In this document: one piece after another, positions 59,464-64,000 of the stretch
Layout of the letters: every line of letters begins with the position of its first letter
How positions within the stretch are numbered: position 1 is the stretch's first letter
Source of the DNA: Candidatus Poribacteria bacterium
Lineage (GTDB): Bacteria > Poribacteria > WGA-4E > PCPOR2b
DNA: 64,000 nucleotides
Assembly: GCA_965208675.1 (NCBI GenBank)
Contig: OZ242351.1
Span: 4,544,001-4,608,000 of the forward strand
Direction: 5' to 3'
The notes under the pieces: model-generated
What the model was told of the DNA's origin: nothing
What the model saw: the letters and a program-made list of their open reading frames with translations, nothing else
Databases searched by the model: none
Program-made: the position numbers and the translations under genes

Positions 59464-60468
59464 CTATTGAGGGCGCACAGCGCAGCGAAAACCGAGGTAG
59501 ATGCTGGCGTTCGCCGGATGCAGGCTGTTGCGATTCGAGACGCGAAGATTCCCCGGCGGATGCAACCAACTGCCGCCCCGATGTACACGATGCGTCGTAA
59601 CATTCGTATAGTCGTTGTTGTCAAAGGCGATCAAGCCGCCGGCGACAGGGTTATCTTTCGGACTGCTCGCGTATGCGCGCGGGTCGTATGCATCCATGCA
59701 CCACTCCCACACGTTGCCCGCCATATCATGCAACCCGTACCCGTTCCCTGGATATGCGCCGACAGGCGCGGTAAATTGATTACCGTCGTCAAGACTTCTG
59801 TCCGCCCAATTAGCCCAGTCTGGCGCCTGTTTGTCTGCAAAGTTACACTGGAATGCTTCAGGACTTTCATCGCACCACGAGTGCCGTTTTCCGACGAGAC
59901 CGCCGCGCGCCGCTTTTTCCCACTCTGCTTCGGTGGGAAGCCGCTTTCCGGCCCATTGGCAATATGCCACGGCATCGTACCAACTCACGCCGACCACTGG
60001 GTGATTCGGCGCATTGAGATCGGGGTCTTCCCAGAATGCGGGAGCCGCGTGTCCTGTTTCGTGCATGAACTGCTTGTATTGTGCGTTTGTCACCTCGTGC
60101 ACGTCCATATAGAAACTGCCGACGTAAACGGTGTGGACCGGGCGTTCATCATCCCCGCCGCCGCCGAGGGAATTGCCCATCTCAAACTCACCGGCGGGAA
60201 TGAGGCGCATCTTTGCACCGTCCTTTTCGGATGTGATCTCTTTTGGTTGCTTTCGTTCGTGATTTAGGGCAAACACGTCTTGGGCGGTTGTGTTCTTTGC
60301 GTCTGGTTCGTCCGCGTTTTTGGGAGCGGCGACAGGGACCTGCACGTTGGATACTGGGAGATTGTCTGTTGTAGCGTTATTCTGGACCGATGCGCAACCG
60401 CACATCGAAATGGACAGAAGCAGGTTTATAAGGGAAAAAATATGTGTTTTCATTATCACCGTTACCAA
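59464..60468 (-). CDS. FGE-sulfatase (SUMF1) domain probable lipoprotein
   Basis: IPAGEFEMG, EVTNAQY, RLPTEAEWEKAARGG, DMAGNVWEW, RGGSW and GFRC; lipobox-like MCGC. Confidence 0.9.
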   Translation of the reverse strand: MVTVIMKTHIFSLINLLLSISMCGCASVQNNATTDNLPVSNVQVPVAAPKNADEPDAKNTTAQDVFALNHERKQPKEITSEKDGAKMRLIPAGEFEMGNSLGGGGDDERPVHTVYVGSFYMDVHEVTNAQYKQFMHETGHAAPAFWEDPDLNAPNHPVVGVSWYDAVAYCQWAGKRLPTEAEWEKAARGGLVGKRHSWCDESPEAFQCNFADKQAPDWANWADRSLDDGNQFTAPVGAYPGNGYGLHDMAGNVWEWCMDAYDPRAYASSPKDNPVAGGLIAFDNNDYTNVTTHRVHRGGSWLHPPGNLRVSNRNSLHPANASIYLGFRCAVRPQ

Positions 60469-60587
60469 TTTGCGCGCAACCGGTTGAGGAATCCGCAGAT
60501 GCAGGTTATTTTAAGATTGTTATGCGCAAAAGGAGACCACGTCCTGAGTGCAGAATCGTTAACATAGCGTAAATCCAACCCAGCAAG

Positions 60588-61370
60588 CTACAGCAGCACC
60601 ATCCCGCCATCTACCATAATTGACTGACCTGTGATGTAGTTGGAATCGTCTGATGCCAAGAATGCTGCGAGTCCAGCAATGTCATTGGGCGTTGATGGAC
60701 GTCCCAGCAGGATGCGTCTGCCAAACTCAGCCATGGCGTCTCCGGGCTGCTCAAACAGTCCGTGATCCAAGAACTCTTTGTCGAGCTGATCCCAGAGCGT
60801 GGTTTGCACGACACCCGGACAGAAGGCGTTGACGCAGATTCCGTTTTCGGCGAAGGCGCGCGCACCAGCTTGTGTAAGCGCTACGACCGAGAATTTGCTC
60901 GCACAGTAGTGCGGCTGAATTTCATACCCCTCCTTGCCAGCAATAGAGGCGGTGTTGATTATCTTCCCGCCTTCGCCTTGGGCGATCATTCGCCGTGCTG
61001 CCTCCTGCATGCAGATCATCACCCCTAGCGCGTTAACTCGCATCAACCGTTCCCAATCGCTCTCAGTCACATCCATAAAAGGTTTGATTTCCGCGACGGC
61101 AGCGTTGTTAAAGATGACATCCAAGCGTCCAAACGCGTCGACGGTACTCTGAACCATGGCTTTAACGCTGGTGCGATCCGCGACGTCACACCGGCACCCG
61201 ATTGCGTTACCACCAATTTCAGACGCAGTGTTTTTAGCGTTGTCCTCGTTGATGTCTGCGATGCACACCTTCGCGCCTTCGGCAGCCATTCGCATAGCAA
61301 TTCCGCGTCCGATACCTTGTCCACCGCCAGTAACAACGCATACCTTTCCTTCAAGCCGCTGTTCTGCCAT
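60588..61370 (-). CDS. Short-chain dehydrogenase/reductase (acetoin/polyol dehydrogenase-like)
   Basis: TGGGQGIG, NNA, YCASK and ITGQ...VDGG; start MAEQR at 61370 after AGGAGG. Confidence 0.9.
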   Translation of the reverse strand: MAEQRLEGKVCVVTGGGQGIGRGIAMRMAAEGAKVCIADINEDNAKNTASEIGGNAIGCRCDVADRTSVKAMVQSTVDAFGRLDVIFNNAAVAEIKPFMDVTESDWERLMRVNALGVMICMQEAARRMIAQGEGGKIINTASIAGKEGYEIQPHYCASKFSVVALTQAGARAFAENGICVNAFCPGVVQTTLWDQLDKEFLDHGLFEQPGDAMAEFGRRILLGRPSTPNDIAGLAAFLASDDSNYITGQSIMVDGGMVLL

Positions 61371-61470
61371 ATTCGTATTGCCTCCTGATTGGTATTTATG
61401 GGATTCAACTTGCCATACCAGCCGTCGAGCGGTTAACCCGGCGCGTTTTTGCACAAGTCTCCTATGTATT

Positions 61471-62259
61471 CTAATGGAACAAGCAGCCCCCGTTAATGTT
61501 AAGCGCTTGACCGGTAAGGTATGCGCCCTCGGATGAAGCCAAGTATACGACCGCGGCGCCGATGTCTTCGGGTGTACCCTGTTTGCCCAACGGGATACTG
61601 TCTTTTACGAGCTGATTCATCTCGTCAAAGGTGATTCCGCGTATCTCCGACTCATCGCGCAGTGCTTGCCAGTGCATTTCAGTCGCCATGTTTCCGGGGC
61701 AGATGCTGTTGGCACGTACGCCGTACGGCGCGAGTTCTAGCGCAAGGGTTTCTGTCATGCGGATTACCGCCGACTTGGATGCACAATAGACTCCAAAATT
61801 AGCGAAGCCTTGTTTGCCATACCAAGAACCGAGGTTAATGATGCAGCCGTTACCTTGCTCGCGCATTACGCGTGCTGCAGATCGACACCCGTTGAACACG
61901 CCGCGCACGTTGACGCCAATCACGCGGTCAAAGATTTCGTCCGACGTATCTGCTACCGGTACCATCGGCTGCACGACGCCAGCGTTGTTGACAATGAGAT
62001 CCAGCCCGCCCAGCCGCTCGACGACCTGATCAATCATTGCATCCACGGATGATGCCGTTGTAACGTCAACGTTAATCGGGAAACCGCCATTTTCGGGGAA
62101 ACGTTCCCGGACTGCCGTCCATGTGTCTTCGACTTGGGGTTGTATATCAGCGGGTACGACTTCGGCACCCTCAGCCGCCAGCCGGAGCGCTGTACCCCTT
62201 CCCAGCCCTTGGGCGGCTCCCGTAACGATAGCTACCTGATCCTCCAAAAGTCCGCTCAC
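61471..62259 (-). CDS. Short-chain dehydrogenase/reductase
   Basis: TGAAQGLG, NNAG, YCASK and TGQ.L.INGG. Confidence 0.9.
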   Translation of the reverse strand: MSGLLEDQVAIVTGAAQGLGRGTALRLAAEGAEVVPADIQPQVEDTWTAVRERFPENGGFPINVDVTTASSVDAMIDQVVERLGGLDLIVNNAGVVQPMVPVADTSDEIFDRVIGVNVRGVFNGCRSAARVMREQGNGCIINLGSWYGKQGFANFGVYCASKSAVIRMTETLALELAPYGVRANSICPGNMATEMHWQALRDESEIRGITFDEMNQLVKDSIPLGKQGTPEDIGAAVVYLASSEGAYLTGQALNINGGCLFH

Positions 62260-62317
62260 TGTCCACCTCCTTGAAGCAATTGCACAATAGCTGCGTCCAG
62301 CGGTTGGGATACCGCCA

Positions 62318-63547
62318 TCAATAGTTCACACCGCACCCTATCAGTTCTTCACACGGGAATTTGGTGATGACATCAATTCCTGTCGAAGTGACAACGACTT
62401 CCTCTTCTATCCTAGCCCCGTCCATTCCTTCAGCATCATATGTTTCGACGGCGATTACCATACCCTCTTGGAATTCGACGGGATGGTCGAGGCTATACAA
62501 CCTCGAAACGATGGGACGTTCCCACAAACCGACACCGAGTCCGTGTGCGTATGCCAGACCGAATGCCTGGGATTCGTTTTCGAAACCCCAGTAGTCAGCG
62601 GAGGGCCATGCGCGTGCAAGATCGGCTGTGGTTGCGCCAGGACGGATGACCTCCATTCCCTCTCGCAACATGTCGTAGGTGCGTTTGTAGACCGCCTTTT
62701 GCCGCTGGGTCGGCTTACCGCAGCAGAGTGTCCGGTAGTAGCAAGTCTGGTAGCCGTTATACATCATCTGTATGTCGAGGAAAACAAGATCGCCCGGTTG
62801 TACAAGCCGATCGGAACTCAGATGCGGGTGTGGATGTGTACGCGAACCGCTAGTGACTTGCACGTTTAACACCCATTGGCTGCCGAGTCTGTGGAGTTCG
62901 TGTGAGGCTTCCGCTTGAATGTCGTTTTCACGTATACCCGGCCTGAGTGTTCGCGCGACACGGTCAAACGCGGCATCGACGGTAGCAGCGGCATTGCGCA
63001 TAATCTGGATCTCGTCGTCAGTCTTGATTAACCTGGCTTTCATCATGACATCTTGACCGTCGACAAATCGAACGCCTTCCTTCTGCAGCGCCAAGATTAA
63101 TTGAGAGTCAAGCACGTCGATGCCGATAGGTTCTTTGGGGCTGATGCCGTTCTGATCAAGTACCATCCGCAAATCCCTGATAAACTTTTTGTGTGCATCC
63201 CAGTTGCTAGGCAAGGCGCCGAACAGGGTAGTATGCGCAGGATATGCGCGATCGGCAATCCATGGGCAATGCAATTTTTCAGCGGCAACCTCCGACCCAA
63301 ACCCGAAGATGTATGGTTCACCGTTGCGAGGTACAATGGCGTAACGGCCCATGTTATCAATTTCAGGAGAACACACGGCGGTTGATGTAGCGTAGCGCTT
63401 ATTGTGGTTGTCAAAGAGCAGCAAGCAGCCGAAATCGGTTTTCTCTAGTTCGGCTTTGACTCGGTCGAGACGGTCTTTGCGCAGACGGTCGAAGTTGATT
63501 CGCTCTTCGTAGTCAACGCCCATTGTTCCCTGTGTTCCAAATCTCAT
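62318..63547 (-). CDS. M24 (Xaa-Pro peptidase/creatinase fold) family protein
   Basis: ARLIKT.DEI, GD.VFLD, HGLG and GARIEE; creatinase-like N-terminal domain. Confidence 0.85.
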   Translation of the reverse strand: MRFGTQGTMGVDYEERINFDRLRKDRLDRVKAELEKTDFGCLLLFDNHNKRYATSTAVCSPEIDNMGRYAIVPRNGEPYIFGFGSEVAAEKLHCPWIADRAYPAHTTLFGALPSNWDAHKKFIRDLRMVLDQNGISPKEPIGIDVLDSQLILALQKEGVRFVDGQDVMMKARLIKTDDEIQIMRNAAATVDAAFDRVARTLRPGIRENDIQAEASHELHRLGSQWVLNVQVTSGSRTHPHPHLSSDRLVQPGDLVFLDIQMMYNGYQTCYYRTLCCGKPTQRQKAVYKRTYDMLREGMEVIRPGATTADLARAWPSADYWGFENESQAFGLAYAHGLGVGLWERPIVSRLYSLDHPVEFQEGMVIAVETYDAEGMDGARIEEEVVVTSTGIDVITKFPCEELIGCGVNY

Positions 63548-63565
63548 ATCAAAATCTCCTCTGAT

Positions 63566-63952
63566 TTATTTTATCGTCGATTCAAAAATCTGCATTATCT
63601 CGAAGACGAGACCATTGGGCGACCGGAAAAATGCGAGGCGGCGCGATCCGAAGGTACCGCTGATGGTTTTAGGATCAACGAGTACTTCAGTACCCAGGTC
63701 CATGAACTCCTCGAATGCCGCTTCGAAATCGTCTACCTCAAACACGGCATGAGTCAATCCCGGCCTAGGCTGATGGTCGAGTTTGTCTTCGAAAGCCAGA
63801 TGTGGCGTCAAAAAGAGGCGCGTCCCACCAAACCCAAGAAATGCGGTTCCACGTTCGTGCATCAACACTTCTGCCCCAAGCGCTTCAAAAAATTCCATCT
63901 CTTTTTCAAGGTCCTCGACTTTGACGCCAATGTTCCATAAGCTTGCATCCAT
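63566..63952 (-). CDS. VOC (glyoxalase/bleomycin resistance) family protein
   Basis: IGVKVEDLE...FF, HAVFEVDD and AFFRSPNG..FE. Confidence 0.85.
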   Translation of the reverse strand: MDASLWNIGVKVEDLEKEMEFFEALGAEVLMHERGTAFLGFGGTRLFLTPHLAFEDKLDHQPRPGLTHAVFEVDDFEAAFEEFMDLGTEVLVDPKTISGTFGSRRLAFFRSPNGLVFEIMQIFESTIK

Positions 63953-64000
63953 ATTTTACCATCCTTAACTTTGCGCAGTGAATTCAGACAAACAACCCGC

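Noticed and set aside
59461-60267. Long alternative ORFs such as 59461..60267(+), 30304..31335(+), 9701..10420(+) and 37120..37764(-)
   Set aside because: They are antisense or frame-shifted shadows of well-supported genes in GC-rich DNA and show no recognisable motifs.

Overview
A ~64 kb bacterial chromosomal segment. Its gene repertoire (many secreted LamG-type, TolB-propeller, TPR, CRTAC1/ASPIC-UnbV, FGE-fold and ankyrin proteins) resembles Candidatus Poribacteria; this taxonomy is inferred, not proven. Two accessory islands of secreted proteins (about 1-16 kb and 41.6-60.5 kb) flank a core region. The core holds hisN-like, acyP, adk, an F1Fo ATP synthase operon (led by a putative Na+/H+ antiporter, preceded by a perfect Rex-type palindrome, and interrupted by two extra genes), cstA, and a peptidoglycan-recycling cluster (serine hydrolase, namZ, anmK). 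Main findings: (1) eleven signal-peptide-bearing proteins from three unrelated domain families end in the same ~20-aa tail, V-x-P-x-x-K-L-x-T-T-W-G-x-I-K, a candidate C-terminal sorting/anchoring signal; (2) a split ORF pair at 31.8-33.3 kb is very probably one secreted selenoprotein (UxxC redoxin, with a SECIS-like hairpin after the UGA); (3) a 99-nt leader duplicated in front of two LamG paralogs has pseudoknot-like pairing next to the RBS; (4) a MITE family with IS5-like ends and a TAA target duplication, plus GTAG-type REP-derived elements. No rRNA, tRNA, CRISPR array, transposase or reverse transcriptase was recognised. All family assignments come from motif recognition by eye, not database searches.
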